Shown here piece by piece: positions 28,539 through 45,059 of a stretch of DNA of 64,000 nt. Source of the DNA: the human T2T-CHM13v2.0 reference genome, Homo sapiens. Below the pieces are notes generated by a model. That model was not told the origin of the DNA. It ran no database searches and saw only the letters and a list, made by a program, of their open reading frames with translations. The stretch lies in assembly GCF_009914755.1 (NCBI RefSeq), contig NC_060934.1, one strand, 5' to 3'. The position numbers and the translations under genes were made by a program. Positions within the stretch are counted from its first letter, which is position 1. The number at the start of each line of letters is the position of its first letter.

Positions 28539-29595
28539 AATCCAAGACCTCACAGGTAGCAGGTAAGCTGTGAGAGAAGAAGGTGGGTGGTGGGATGGGA
28601 AGGGGACGCTGAGATAAATGGCTCTGCTCTGCACGGTCCTAAGGCTTCAGAAAGCGTGGAATGAGCAGTTACCAGGTGATCGGTGGCGGGGGGAGGTTCT
28701 CTCCATCTCTCCCAACCCTCTGACTTTCCCCATTTCCGGTGAACAGCTCCTCAATGCACCATCAGAGTTCTAAGTACCCTGTCCTTAATGCCATGAGTCA
28801 CCCCAAAGGGACAAGGAACCTTCTCCAAGGACAAGCCTCAGGCTCTTGGCTCCCTCCTGCTTGCTGTTCTCAGGGCTGGTGTGTGCCTGAGACTGTTCAT
28901 TTCCAAGGATCTACATGCAGGGCTTCACATGCAGGGCAGTTAGGTCCAGGCAGGAGCTTTGAAGATAATAACCAGAGAAATGTTCTGCTTCAGATCTTAG
29001 AATCTGGGAGGGGGTGGGGAGTGTGGGGGTGAGGGGGTGGGGAAGGGCTGTGCTGATGTGGAAGCTACTGTGGAGAGAAATGGAAAAACCAAAGAGTGTG
29101 GGGTTTCTGTTCAGATGACAGAGCACCCTTCAAGTGCTTCCTGGCCTCATGGCTGCAGAGTGTGAAGGGCAGGGTGCAAGTGTCCATCTCCCTGTGTGCT
29201 CCCAGAGGGAGAAACAGAGGGTCCGTGTGCTGTTCCGAATGAAACTGGATCTGTATGGCCCTCAACTCATGACCAGAGAGGGTCAGCGACCGCTTGGGAT
29301 CGCTTTGCACGTGGTTCCCGGGCTGTGTGACACAGGTGGGAACCCGAGGCCGCCTCGTGGGTGCCTGGCCTTCGGGAACAAAGGAAAACATCTGAAGAGG
29401 GAGACATAAGGGAGGGGAAGTACGGGGAGACCCACGCTGGGGTGCAGGGAACCAACTTGTACAGGGGGGAACCAAGGGTCTATCAAAGGGGTCAAAGGGG
29501 TGTCCAGGCCTCCTGTTGTTATCTGAATAGACCCCCAAGTGCTGCCCAAGTAGTACCGGGTGTGAATGTATGCTTCACGACCTAAACTGGTTTAG

Positions 29596-29763
<168 letters not shown>

Positions 29764-31559
29764 TAGTTCTTCACTGGGGGTCCACAGGGGGTCTGTGAAC
29801 ACTTGCCACTGCAAGTAAAATTGTATGTATCCACTCTTTTCCTGGGGAGAGGGCTTCCATCAGATTCACAGAGGGGTCTGTGGCCCCCAGGAGGCTTAGA
29901 ACCACGAGTTGGTGAAACCCGGGGAGCAGCTCCTTGGAGGTGGGCCTGGTGAGCCTGGGACTCTCAGAGTCAGCCAAAAAGGAAAGGAGCAAAACATTTC
30001 TGAGAGCTGCCCCTGGGCCACACCCCAGCTCCCAGCGGGCTCCCACCCTGCCCCAGAGGACAGCTTCAGAGAGGAGCCTGAGGCCTACCTGGCTCTGAAT
30101 ACGCCGGCAGGGACTGGGCACAGGGAGCTCACCACAGAGTGACGCCAAGTGAGGGAAGCCACAAAGCAACATCAGTGAGTGGGTCTCCAGCCCCTAGACG
30201 CCCCCCAGCCATGCAGCCCAACATCCCTGCAACCTGCTAACACCAGGCAACTCACTAGGCAACTAAGTGTTGGGAGAAACGTGGATTCACTCATTCATTC
30301 CTCCTAACAACCCTACCGGGCAGGCAATTTGAACCTTCACACTACAGATGAGAAAAGCAAGCCTAGAGAAGTGAAGGAGCCTGTCCGGAGTTACGTGGTG
30401 ACAGCCAGTAACCGGTCCCAATGAATGTGCCCCCAGTGCCTAAACTCTAAGCTGCTCTCTTACACAATCTCTCAGGGACATGAGTTCTGAGGTGCACCAA
30501 TGACCAGAGATGGAGTTAGCAACTCCCTTTGTTCTTCCTCTATAGGATCCGCCATACCAAAATCAGCGACCTGATAAATAAGCAAGGCTTTTCAAAATGA
30601 ACGCCACTAAAACTCATCATGGCAGGTAAAATGGGTTCGTAAAGATGCTATGCTTGGCTCATAAGTTAATTTCCAAAGAACGATTCCAACCCCTTCCCAA
30701 ACTGCATCTACAGGTCAGCAATGACCCACGTGGACAAGCCTGGCCAAGCTCATGGCCATTGCCAAGCTAGGGCCAGCACACTGCACTAGCTGCTCCCTGC
30801 TTGCGTGTCCCCTTTCCACACACAGGGAATGAGCCCTCCAGGCAAGGGAGGTGGTGGTGGGGGAGCAGCATTCCTTTCTCCTGAGATTCTGCAATGCAGG
30901 AGTGGGTGGGGGACCATAAGGGAAGAGGGGGAAGAAAAGTTCTGATTTGGAAGTTTCCACTGGCTTTCAGGCCCCCTCCAGCTCATCAATGAGTCCTTTC
31001 AGGGTTCCCTCTCCCCAACTGAGTTATCACTTCCTGTCCAGCACACTGCACCCATTGATGGGGTATCAGCAAACCCCACCAGATTACACTGGAATTAAGG
31101 AGACTGGACATGAATTGAGGAGGGAAGAGGAAGAAGGCTGGAGAGTAGGGAGTGGCTTTCAATCCCATATTCAATGGGATATTCAATCCCACATTGTTGG
31201 ATTAAGAAAGGATTTGTAATACGGGAAGCTAGGTCACCCTTGGCTTGTCTCATAGGTAGGGCAATGAGGACAATGAGATAGAATTAGGTATTGGGGGCAA
31301 GCACACGGTACCCAAGATGACCTCTCCAAGATGACTGACAACCAAAGGCCTGCCAAGAAAGGAGTGGACCCTGGCTGTGAGGGTAGAAGTGAGTGTCTCT
31401 TTGTGTTTTTATTGGCCTAAACCAGGCTCACAACCCCGAGAGGAATCTAGAACATCTTGGCTCTACCTGAAAGGGCTGCTGCTCAACTCACACTGATTCT
31501 CCCTTCTCTAGTACTTGCCTGTGATCCGCAGAGGTGGGCTCCCTAGTGGCCATGTCTGT

Positions 31560-31965
31560 GCTAAAAGACCCTCAACTCCCAGCCATACTGATTGGTCCAG
31601 AGAGGGCATCTGACCCAAGCCAGACCAATCAAAATCGTCCCTGGGATTTTTCAACTTGGAACTGGGAGTCAATTTCCCCTCTGTTGGGAGCCAAAAGATA
31701 TAAAATTCTAGAGCTGCTGACAGCCATATTCCTCAGGGTGTGAGGTAACAGAAGCTGAGGGCAGTGCCAGAGGGAAGCAGAGACAAGACAGAGGGAGAGC
31801 AGATCCTGGTTTCAGGCATTCCTGAAGCCTCTGCCTCACTGCCCTTCTCACCATGTGGTCGGCTGCACAAGCTTCCCTGGTCCCTCCTTCCAATCACATC
31901 TCCTTTGTGTCTAAGCCAGTGCAATTGTAAAACTATCACTTGCAACCCAAAGAGGCCTGACTAAC
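31560..31965. mobile_element. MLT1K-like MaLR LTR
   Basis: tgattggtcc..tgacccaagc..gaccaatca; taagccagt..cacttgcaaccc..cctgactaa. Confidence 0.6.
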
Positions 31966-32573
31966 TTAGCTGGCATCAAGGGGGGTGTCTGCAGGGGTAG
32001 CTGTGGGACCCATACTACCATTCCCTTGTGAACATGCCTTTGTGTCTTAGAGACACACACCTACCACGTACATGTACAAACTGGGTGGCAAGTGCCTCAT
32101 TCGGTCAGACAGACACCGTGGTATGTATGCCTAGTTTGTGCCTGTAGTTGAAAAAATTGCTTATTTTCTGTTTCGGTCTTCCCTGAGTGTTTGCTTTTCT
32201 TTGCCTGCAATGATGCAGTGGCTTCTGTCTCACCCTGGATGTTTATAGACACACGTCTGGTCAGGCACACAGCACCTCCCACCATCCTCCCGCCTCTTCA
32301 CCACAGTTTCCTACCCTGCAGGCAAGGGAGGGTGACAAAGCGTTACTGTTAAGACCATCAGAGGAGGCCAACAAAGTCCTGAGTGTCTGCCTGCAGTATG
32401 CAAGATTGAGACGAGCCCAGCTCCACCTTCCAGCTTCCCTCCTCTGTCCCTCTGCTCCCACCTGGACTCTGACCCTGACAGCTCTCTTGGGGGCTCCCTG
32501 GATAAGCGAGGGTATGAGAGAGGCCAGCCCACCAGAGAGACTTGGGCCACTGTCCGAGCTCTGACAAACTCAC

Positions 32574-32654
32574 CTGCAGGTCAAAGAACTTGCTGTACCT
32601 CCGGTAGATAGTCTGGGAGGTGGAGTCAGACCAGGTCACATTGATTATGTATAC
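32574..32654 (-). CDS. SH3PXD2A: Internal coding exon (exon 2) of SH3PXD2A/TKS5, PX-domain residues ~25-51 (VYIINVTWSDSTSQTIYRRYSKFFDLQ)
   Basis: The peptide lies within ORF 32358..32768(-) and matches my recall of the TKS5 PX domain, including the RRY phosphoinositide-binding motif. Acceptor: ctcttacctttttcccacag|GTATAC. Donor: CAG|gtgagt. 81 nt, phase 0-0. Confidence 0.96.
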
Positions 32655-32690
32655 CTGTGGGAAAAAGGTAAGAGCAGGTGAGCAAGGCTG
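32655..32690 (-). promoter_or_regulatory. 3' splice site, polypyrimidine tract and candidate branch points of exon 2
   Basis: The minus strand reads cagccttgCTCACctgctCTTACctttttcccacag, with two yUnAy-type motifs before the pyrimidine tract. Confidence 0.8.
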
Positions 32691-32832
32691 GATTTCAAGC
32701 TGTCTGTGCCAGGCATCATGTAACATGACTGCAGGTGTTCCATATGGCAGGACCACTCTTTTACTCATCTCATCTGTCCCTAGGGGCTAGCACAGTATCA
32801 GCTACCATGTAGATGCTACAATATATGTCTAA

Positions 32833-32834
<2 letters not shown>

Positions 32835-32870
<36 letters not shown>
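32835..32870. repeat. (AC)18 microsatellite ~180 bp upstream of exon 2
   Basis: Read directly from the sequence. Confidence 0.9.
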
Positions 32871-32872
<2 letters not shown>

Positions 32873-32992
32873 CTAGAGGGATATTTCATCAAATGCCAAC
32901 AATGATTATCTTAGGAAAGTAGGATCAGAATGAGTGGTTTTAATTTCCTTCTTTTTATTTGTATATATTTCATACAATAAACATAAAATTGA

Positions 32993-33307
<315 letters not shown>

Positions 33308-35018
33308 TAGATAGCTAATTTCCACTGGTTCACAAACTTTAGAGTGAATGAGACTCTATAAGAGGCCCTCCGAAATTGCAGGTGGACCCCGCTCTCTGAA
33401 ATTCTGCAGACCTGGGTTTTGAGGGCTCAGATGTTTACACTTTTAACAAACCCCAGCTTGTTTTGCTACTGTGGATCCTCAGAACTCACTCTGAAATGCC
33501 TTTCAGGAGACCAGAAGTGCTCAGAGATGTGTGATTCATCTCAGCATCCCTGTCTTTGCTCAGTGCCTGGCACAGAGCAGGTGCTCAGAAAACACTTTGC
33601 TATGTTGAACAAACACACTGGTCTTCTGGATGAGAAACGGATTTGAAGAAGAGGCGTTAGCACGTGGGAGACTGGAAAAACTTTTCTCTTTGGGAGCCTC
33701 ACAATGAAGGCATTTCAGGGCCAGGCTGTCACCCCGGTTCCCAAGTCTCCATCAGGCTCTGCCAGAGCTCATGCCACTCTGGAAGGCTGAATTGACTTAG
33801 GAATCCTTGGAGAAGGAGAGAAAGCCCCCAGTCCACACAATCTGGTCTGCTCTTCCCACTATTTCTGTCCTTCCTGGGAAAGGCCTGAGTTAGAGGAATG
33901 GGTGCCCTCCCACAGCCTCAGGGCTTTTCTGTTGAACTTCTCCCTGGGAAGGACACCTGCAGGGGTGTCTCCAGGAGGACAGTTAAGGGAGGGCACTGAT
34001 AAGACACAGGTAAGACCTCTGCCCCCTTTCCTCCCTCAGGAGAGAGGCAATGGCTGTAGGTCCTCAATGGTGGTTCCCAGGCCAGGGTGCCCTTTAGGAT
34101 CACCTGGGGCCGGGGGCAGGCTTCATAAAAATTCAGATTCCGGGGTCTCTGCCTAGTCACTGTGTCCTGTAGGTCTGTAGGGGTGGGGCTGGGGGGACTC
34201 TACCCTAAGAATAAAATAGCCAGTGAGGCCAGGGATCTGGGCCAAGATGAGGAGGAACATTAGCAAAGAGAAGTGGCATTTAGACACCTTGCCATCAGAC
34301 TGGCCCACCTCCCAGGTGCCTGGAACAGGGTTTGCCACAGGCGTGGTGAGGCTTTGTGCTTGGCTGCTCCGGTGATACACAGGAAAATGAGCTGAATCCA
34401 GTCTCTTCTCCCTTCCTATCTCTATGACACAGAGGCAGACTCATGCCATGGCGAGTTTTTTCTGAAACGCAACCAAGGAGAGGGCCATAAAGCCAAAGCA
34501 AACAGGTCTGAGTGCTGCCACCCAGAGATGGGGCATTTATGACATGTGGCCCTGATACAGAACATAAGGTAAAAGGCCACCCCTATCTTCATCAGCTCAA
34601 AATAGACTACTGGCTATTATTATAATAAATGGGGATATGCTTTGCTTTACATCATATGTAAATAGGTATCACATGATACATTGTAAAACCATTTTGATAA
34701 CTTAATGTTACCTAATGTTTAAGCAACTAAATGTAACTAGTTACCAGTACAGCATAAAGCATGTATATGCATTAGCTCATTTAATCTTCAGCCCAATAAG
34801 GTAGCTACCACTGTTATTCCCATATTGTACAAGAAGAAGGTGAGGCTCAGAGAAGCTAAGTAACTTGCCTGAAGTTACACAGCTAATAAATTACAGAGCA
34901 AAAGATTTGAACCCAGGTCTAGCTGAGTTCTAATACCTATGCTCTTAACTGAACTGGACTATCTCCCTGTACATAAATTTATCTAAACTGAACTACTTTG
35001 ATCAGGACTGAATGACAT

Positions 35019-35920
<902 letters not shown>

Positions 35921-36885
35921 GGTTGACACCATCTTTTTAAATAAAGGTGTGGGTGGTCTGAGAAGCCTGCGGTGCTCTTGCTGAGGGAGTGCACCTTAGA
36001 GGAACATGCAGGAACAAAGGCGCCTTCTAAGAGCCTGAGACCAAGAAGACACAGAACTGGGGGCCCAGACAGAAGCAAATGGTTAGGAATGCTACAAAAC
36101 CGACTGACGGTGAGGACCCCCTCAAACTCAATGCTGTGGGATTTTCCTGGGGGTTATTACCTACCCTGGTCCCCCTGCTGACTCCTAGCTCCATCTCCCC
36201 TCCCACCTGCATCTCTGCTTCCCACAGGCCCTGGGGCAGGAGCAGAGGCTGAGCCCACACCAGGTGCTGTTTCTCTGACCTCCACCCCAGGAGCTAAATG
36301 TGAGGAGGGCCCAAGAGGCCAATCCGCCCCTGGAGAGAGGGCTGCATTCGCCTGCAGGACATTAGACATCAGCCTTTCTCCGGAACCAACCAAGCGGAGC
36401 CCAGGGGAAGGGCTTAACTGAGGCTTAACACACATCCTCCATCCCACTAGCAATTAGGCTTCCCTTCACCTCCCAGAGAGAATCAATCACAGGCTCACAG
36501 CCCCTGGCAGCTGGGAGGATACAGGGAGACCTCTCCTTTAGCAGAGGAGAAACCCAGGGGCCAGGGTGGTGATTTGCCGAGGAAAGGGCATGGCCAGGTA
36601 GGAAGCAGCAGACTCTGGAGTTAGCCACATGTGGGTGCAGCACCCTCCTTATTGGCTGCAAGACCCCAGCCCAGCCGCTCAGGCCTTCAGACTCCTTCTC
36701 TATACAAAGGACACAACCTTCAGGGCTGCCAGTACTGATGAAAACATGGTTATCACTGGAGTGTGCTCACATCCATTGGTGGCAGAGCTGGGACAGGAAC
36801 CCAGATGTCCCACTTCCCAGCCTAGCCTAGGACTACTCTGCACATGACCAGAGCATCCCCCCTCGGAAAAGTTCTTTGCCCTCTA

Positions 36886-37201
<316 letters not shown>

Positions 37202-38819
37202 TTAACCCTTGGCCTAAAACCATACTAAAGATACACCCCGCTGGAGAGCCAGCCAGAGGGAAGAGCTGACAGAGAGCTGTCCTTGTGGCCCTTGCCGGCC
37301 ACAGCCACCCGGCTAGGATACAGCCACACTTCCCCCTAAAAAGCAGTTCTTTCCTTGTTTGGCAAAGGATTGTTCCTGCTAACATCTTGCACCCTACTTT
37401 CTATGCCCTGAGCAGCCATGAATGTGACTCAGTGTGAAGGATGGGGAAGCGAGCCCCCATTCCCAGGTTCTCCCAAACTTCGGGGATTTGCCAGAGGCCC
37501 CCCAGCCTACCCCCCTGGACAGAGTCTAAATCTTGGGTTGAGGAAATAGCAAGAGACCTCCCTGGAGATAAGCCCAGAGATACGAGGACAATCTCCAGAC
37601 CCCTCTCTCTCGTCTGCTTTCTTCCAAACCTTGGACATCCTAGATTATCACTCCAGGCGGGTGATGGACACACAAAATTCCACCCCAGCCCATGCCTAGC
37701 TCCCAACCTCAACACCAGAGCTTCTTAAGTCTCCCTGAGCTGGCCTTGCCAGCACTGGAAACTTCAGAGAGAAACCACAGAGAAAGAACAGGTGACAGGG
37801 AAGGGGGACAGGGCAGAGGTCATCCAAGAAAGCCAGCTCTGTTTACAAGCCTGCATCGGGGGCCCAGATAGACTCTCCTCCAGCCTCAGGAGCAGTCAAG
37901 ATAACATTACCCGGCAGCTGGGTCTCAAGAAAAGTTTGGCAATTAAATATCCTGCTTCCAAACGCTTTACTTGGGGTTATGTTTCACGGGTGGAGTTTCT
38001 CTTCCTTCTGGATTTTAAAAACCCATGGATTCTATTTCCCCTGTCTCCAGCCATTTCAGGCAGATGGTAGGCGTCTATGAAGGCTCGCTAGAGGCTAGCA
38101 ACTGCTTCCAGCTTCCCCTGGGTCAGTCCAGACTGAGGGGACCCAGGGGCTCAGGCCCTCCCACCATGCTCACTCTTGATGGAGGAGTGGAATCATCACC
38201 ACAGACACTGCGTGGGAACTCTCGCTACACACCCAGCGCAACGCTCTGGCCCAACCAGTCCCACCCATCCAGAGGTCATCTTGGGCTGCCTTCTGTCTGC
38301 TCAGCTCACAAGGCCCACCAATGTCTGAGGTTTCCAAAATCGCCTTCCCAGTGGGTGCTTCTGTCCTCTATTAGCCTTGCTCCTTTCAACAAGAAAATGG
38401 CCTTGATGCAAACCAGACTTACAGCGCAGCTCCAGAGCACTGAGAATGAAGCCTAGCCCGTTTCTGTGGAGGGATGTCCATGATTTGATCTGGTCTGGGA
38501 CCAATTAGAAACTGCAAATACACAGCCCAACCATTCCTAGAAGGCCTAGGACCCGCCTTGTGTTTAATTAGAAAGTGCTGGTAAGTACCTGTTGCCCCCT
38601 TGGCTACAAAATGTACAATGAGAGGCAAGGAGTTAGGAGCTATGGAGGAAATTGCATATCTCCATGGTACTGTGGTCCCATTTACTGAGGAAGGCCTTAC
38701 TTTCCCTGGACTCCTACCAGCTGCCCCTGGCCCCAGGCCCCAGGCCAAACAGAAACTCAATGGCAATCTTCCTTCACTTGCTCACATGACCATGGGGCTG
38801 GGATCAGCTGGCTGCACTA

Positions 38820-38990
38820 GGGCCATTGTATACAGTTGGGCAAGTTGTTCACTGCCCAGTGGTTGCCTGGTCAAGTGGACATGTAGGTGTGAAATCTAAC
38901 CTATACTTCACATCCCAAACTGTGCACCCTGGCTCAGGACTGCAGCCACGCTGAGAAAAGTGTGCCTTATTCTAATGTACATGCTCCTTG
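38820..38990. mobile_element. MER91-like hAT-Tip100 remnant
   Basis: agggccattgtatacagttgggcaagttgttcactgc start. Confidence 0.45.
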
Positions 38991-39538
38991 TTCCCCTGGG
39001 TGGGCTGTCAATGCTCTCTAGGGTCCTTGAGGTCATACGATCTCTTCAAGACCCTCAGCTCTTTAACTTACCCAAATCTTCGGAGTCTGGGGATGCAGGG
39101 ATAGCTAACATTTGGGACTGACTGCTAAAGCATATGGTCCCAGAAATCAAAATGAACACGATTGAGCAGCCAGAAAAAGGGAGTTCACGTGTGGGGACAC
39201 GATCACCGCTCTGGCTTCCTGGTGGAGTTCATCATTGTCAGGCTCTTACCCAAGAAGATGCTGCCAGCCCGTCTAAGGTACTAATAGGCTCTAACCTTCT
39301 GTTCAAAGTGCCCCCATGTACAAGGTTCTATCATGGGGGGGTTGGTAAGAAGGAGGCACATATACTCCAAATTAGTACAGGCTGGTCCCCTAGATGCAGC
39401 CCACCCAGCAGAGCAGAGGACTCCAGGGCTGCAGCTCCCCATGAGAGTGCCTACATCAAACGCCGGCCCAGAGCCCCATCTCCTCCCTGCTGTGGCCCAC
39501 TGCACACCACCGGGAAGCAGTAAAGGCCCTGGTGTTAA

Positions 39539-39849
<311 letters not shown>

Positions 39850-40705
39850 TAAAGACCCCTCTTGACATGGCTGCACCCAGATAAAAATTTCCCCAGACTT
39901 CCGACATCTGATCTGGACCCCCACTAGCCTGGCGAGTCTGTGACCATCCCTTGTGGTGCTCATAGTATGCTTTCCATGATTAGTCAATTATTATATCTGC
40001 CTTCGTTTGCTAATTGTTGGCTCAGAACACCCAGCTTGACACAGGCTGTGTTGGTCTCTATTCAACACAGGTGAGTCTGTCTTCCTCCCAGGTCTCCCTA
40101 TCCATGCAAACTATCTTCCTCTTCTCCCCCGAGGCTCACTAGGCCTGCCAGTCTGCTGGACACACTGAGATAATGACTGGCTGATCTAATGCCAATCAAA
40201 TTCACTGGCTCTGAAATGCCAAAGAGGTGGCTAGTAGCAACACTTGGAGACTGTCCCCATTCCCAGAAGCAAATCCCTGGTGGCCTAGGAGCAGAATACA
40301 AACACATCTTTGCCAACCTAAAACCCTGCCAGCAAAATCAAGTTCAACAGCCTGTGGCCACTTGGCTAAGGTTTCTGAGCTCAGCCTGAGAACGATGAGG
40401 ACCCTCAGGGTAGGGCCCTATTAAAATTCCAACCCCTCCTCTAGAGTGGGTGTTCATTCTTAGGGTGGGGAGAGAGGTGACGCTGCAGATTTGGGGAACA
40501 ACCACCACTTAGAAGCCTGGATGTAGTGGAGGGTGACCTCCATGGTAGTACACACTCACGGGTTGACTATAAGGCTAATGACCAGGCAGCAGGACTTTTC
40601 TAGTCCTGAGACCATCTGACAACAGGACTTTGTATTCAGAATCAGTCATAGTAAATGCAGCAGAAGCGAACCCCAGAAGGGCTCTGGGAGTTGGAGGGGG
40701 TATAA

Positions 40706-41282
<577 letters not shown>

Positions 41283-42109
41283 CCACTATTTATTTAAATG
41301 GGAGGGTAATGAGTAGGTGAGAGGGTCTGGAGGAAGCCTCCCTACTGCTGGAGCCTCTACTTATTACCCTGCAGAATGAAGATCACAGTAGTTACCTTTT
41401 GGAGGCTCTTGTGAGGATTCAGGGAGCTGACTCTGTGTCTCCTTGTTAGAATGGAAGCCTCCTGAAGGTGGATCGTGGCATGCTAGTGCCCAGCACCACA
41501 CTTGACACCTAAGAGATGCTCACTTACTGTTCCCTTCATCAGTGAAAGAACAAAGCAACCAACAAATATCCAGTGAGTGCTGACCTCGCGCCTGGTTTAG
41601 AGACAAGCTAAAGAGAAGATGAGGCAAAGCATCCAACCTCCAGGCCCTCACAGCCCAGCAGGGGCAGTGGGACGCACACTGACAAATCACGGAGGGACAG
41701 TGCAAGATGAGTAATGGAGTGCCGAGAAGTGAGCCTCAGAAGGGACCAGAGGCCGTCTTGGCTTCACACAGGAGGAAGATGACTTCAAATTCAAATCTAT
41801 CCACTTGATGGATTTGAATTTCAATCCATACATGTCCCTGCTACGTGGGCTTAGGCAAGTGTCTTAGACCCTCTGAGTGAGGGTTTCCTTTGCTGCGAAG
41901 TGTGGTTTCTAACGGGAGTGTCTCGTTAAATGTGGTGATACGCATGGGGCACCGAGCACAGGGCCTAGCAATGTGCAAAGTGGCCCAATGAATGTGGGCT
42001 ATTTAGACACTCAGGAAGTGAACTGACTTCTTCCCATTTGCCGTGAGACTTGGATCATGAGGCTATGACTAGAAATAGGAGGGGAGCAGGAAGTAGGGCA
42101 CAGGGACAC

Positions 42110-42197
42110 GGACATACACACAACACACACAACACACACACACACAGACACACACATACAGGGACACAGACACACACAGGGACACATACAGAAACAT

Positions 42198-42235
<38 letters not shown>
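42110..42235. repeat. Imperfect (AC)n repeat
   Basis: Read directly from the sequence. Confidence 0.9.
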
Positions 42236-42237
<2 letters not shown>

Positions 42238-44099
42238 CAGTGGTGGAACCACTACTAATACCAAGGCCAGCCTGGGAGAGCAGAGGAGCAAAAAATAGCT
42301 CTGCTGCCCAGGGCTGGGAAAACAATGACGGTCCCCAGGAGCGTCCGCTGAAAGGATGAACGTGCTGCGGTTGGCCCCTCTGGGGCTGGACACTTTTTCT
42401 TTTCTTCATGTTTCCTGGAGGGGAAATGAGTGTATAAACTAGGAACTCCCAGGATTCACAATCCTACATGGACCTTTCAAAAGTTAGGCAGTCACAGCTC
42501 TGTCCTTACAGCCCCCAGAACGAGAAGAAAAACAGTCCAAAGAGTCAGCTCCGCCAAACCTTCTTACACGCACAATGGGATTGATTGATCAGGAGTAAAA
42601 GAAACACTAATGGCCATGCCAATGTATTGAGTACTGACTATGTTCCAGGCATTGCTAAGCACTTTGTTTGAATTATCTCACTTACTCTTTACAATAGTCC
42701 TATGAGAAAAGTGTTGTTATCGTCTCCAGTTCATAAGTGAAGAGACTAGGGCCCAGAGAGGTAACTGGTCTACCCGAGGTCATCATATTTGTAACAAGTA
42801 ATGAAGCTCAGATTCAAATGCAGCCATTCACTCTATATCCTGAACTCTTTGTCTTCTTTAATAACGACAGCAGACTGCCTGGAGCAAGACAGAGTCCCTG
42901 CCACAAGATTTGCCTTGGTGGCTCAATTAGCTCTGTCAGTTGGTGACAGAGACAATGATCTATCTGTCAATACTGAGGCCGCCCATGAGGCAGGTGGCTA
43001 GGGATCCTTGCGGGGATCAGCACTCTATTTTGCATAGTTTAAAATCAATCGGATCAATTTCATGAAAAGTTATTATTCTCTCTGAGCCTCCATACCCCAT
43101 AAAATAAACACATAAAATAGTGTTAAGAATACCTGCCTCACAGTGAAGATTAATGAGAACGCAAGAACAACCACAGTGCCTTGGACACTGTAGGCGCTTA
43201 ATAAATGTGACTTCCCTCCCCCTGCAAAGTGCCTAGCACAGTCTTTTGCACTTATGAATTTTAGTCTCTTCCCCTAGAAGATTCTGGGGCACCAATAAGT
43301 GCTGGGCCTGGCAAGAGCCCACTTTGCAATCACAGAGTTCTGGGCATGTCACCACTGGGACATTCTCCAGAGTACCTGAGAGCATGCGGTTGGACCTTTG
43401 TACCTTCCTCCTTCCAATCCTGCCACCACCCTCTGGTCCCAAGTCAGCTTGGCAGAGCAAACAAGTCTGATCACCTCGAGCCAGCAGGCACTCCAATGGA
43501 GAGGCCCAGCAGTGGGCAGTGGACATCTTGGGTAATGCCCAGGAGCCCAGAGAGGGCGATGGTGTGCCTAGGCTGAGGTGATAAGGCTAACCTTGCAATG
43601 GAAATCAGGGGGAAAAGCTCAATGCTCCCAGACATTCAGGAGCCAGAGTCCTAGAAATTAAACAAATATATCCTCTCCTGAGCCATCAAAAAAATTACAC
43701 TCCTGGGCTTCCAAGGGGCTTGGAAACAACCCAGTGGGTCTAGGAAAGGGTCAGAAAATGGGATTCTCATTCCACACACTCCCAAATCAATGACTGACCC
43801 AGGCCTACTGACCCCGACACACACATCCTGAAAATGTGCCCCACTCCATCGTCACACCCTGGAGAGAATGGCAAAGGTTAACACACACAGCTTGGTTTCC
43901 TTTTCCTGGGAAACACAGCAGTCAGAGGCCAGCAGCCGCCTCCACACACAGCCTGCAGGGGAAATGACCCCTGGGCTTCCTCCCCACCATCTGACACACT
44001 CACACCTTCCTCTCTGCTGTGCTCAGCAAAGCTCAACTTTTGACACAAGGCAAATAGCTGTCATTAGAAATTTCGTTGCTTGAGAGAGACAAGAACAAT

Positions 44100-44560
44100 C
44101 ATTTTGGAGAGCTTTTCGGCAATTTCTGTCGCCAAACTTGCATTCCCTTTGACTCAGCAATTTGACCGCTAAGAATTTATCCACACAATTGTGTGTATGC
44201 ATGTATGTGTGTGTATATATGTGTGTGTGTATGTATATAAAGATAAGGAATATTGAATGTCTATTGATAAAAAAAGGTCAAATAAATTATGGTTCATATA
44301 CCTACTAAAGATAAGGTGGACTTTTCTATATCATTATGGGAAAAGGTTTATAGTATCTTGAGAAAAGAAAAAAAAGATTATAATGCTATGTATACCATAT
44401 GATTAAATCTATCTGGGGGATGGATTGTATGGGGGGAAGTTTGCATATGTGTGTGTCTATGCACATTAAAAAGAAAAAAATACAACAAATTGATAATCAT
44501 GGTTATTTGCATGGAATGAGAGAGAGGAGAAATGGGAACAGTTTTGCTTTCTACTTTATA
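44100..44560 (+). mobile_element. Old L1ME-like fragment
   Basis: ccctttgactcagcaatt..aagaatttatcc; aataaattatggt..cat. Confidence 0.55.
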
Positions 44561-44561
44561 G

Positions 44562-44869
44562 ATTTCTTTTTTTCTTTTTCTTTTTAGAGACAGAGTCTCG
44601 CTCTCTTGCCCAGGCTGGAGTGCAGTGGCACAATCATAGCTCAATGCAGCCCTGACCTCCTGGGCTCAAGAAGTCCTCCCCGCTCAGCCTCCCCAGTAGC
44701 TGGGACTATCGGCATGTGCCACCATGCTTGGATAATTTTTTAATTTTTTTGTAGAGATGGGGTCTTGCTATGTTGCCCAGGCTGGTCTCAAACTCTAGGC
44801 CTCAAGCAATCCTCCTGCCTCAGCCTCCCAAATTACTGGGATTACAGGTGTGGGCCACCGTGCCTGGCC
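44562..44869 (-). mobile_element. Alu (AluJ-like)
   Basis: Reverse Alu consensus. Confidence 0.92.
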
Positions 44870-45059
44870 AACATTTCTATATTATTTCATTTCTTTTGAA
44901 CATGTATAGCTTTCATAATCTCCATCTTAGAAAATAATTGAGTCCTCTTAGCCAGTCCTCTGGCTCATGCCAGCTCCTGGATGTTGTGCTGACATCCAGC
45001 ATTTGCTCATTCTTGTGGGGCTGTAGGGAATTTCAGGTTCAATGCTGAGCTCTTGAAGC

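Noticed and set aside
32665-32683. Two donor-like motifs on the plus strand (AAGgtaaga, CAGgtgagc) suggesting an antisense exon
   Set aside because: They are the reverse complement of the branch-point motifs of the exon 2 acceptor; no matching antisense exon is evident.
32358-32768. 136-aa ORF as a complete gene
   Set aside because: Only the 27 codons between canonical splice sites match TKS5; the rest is intronic read-through.
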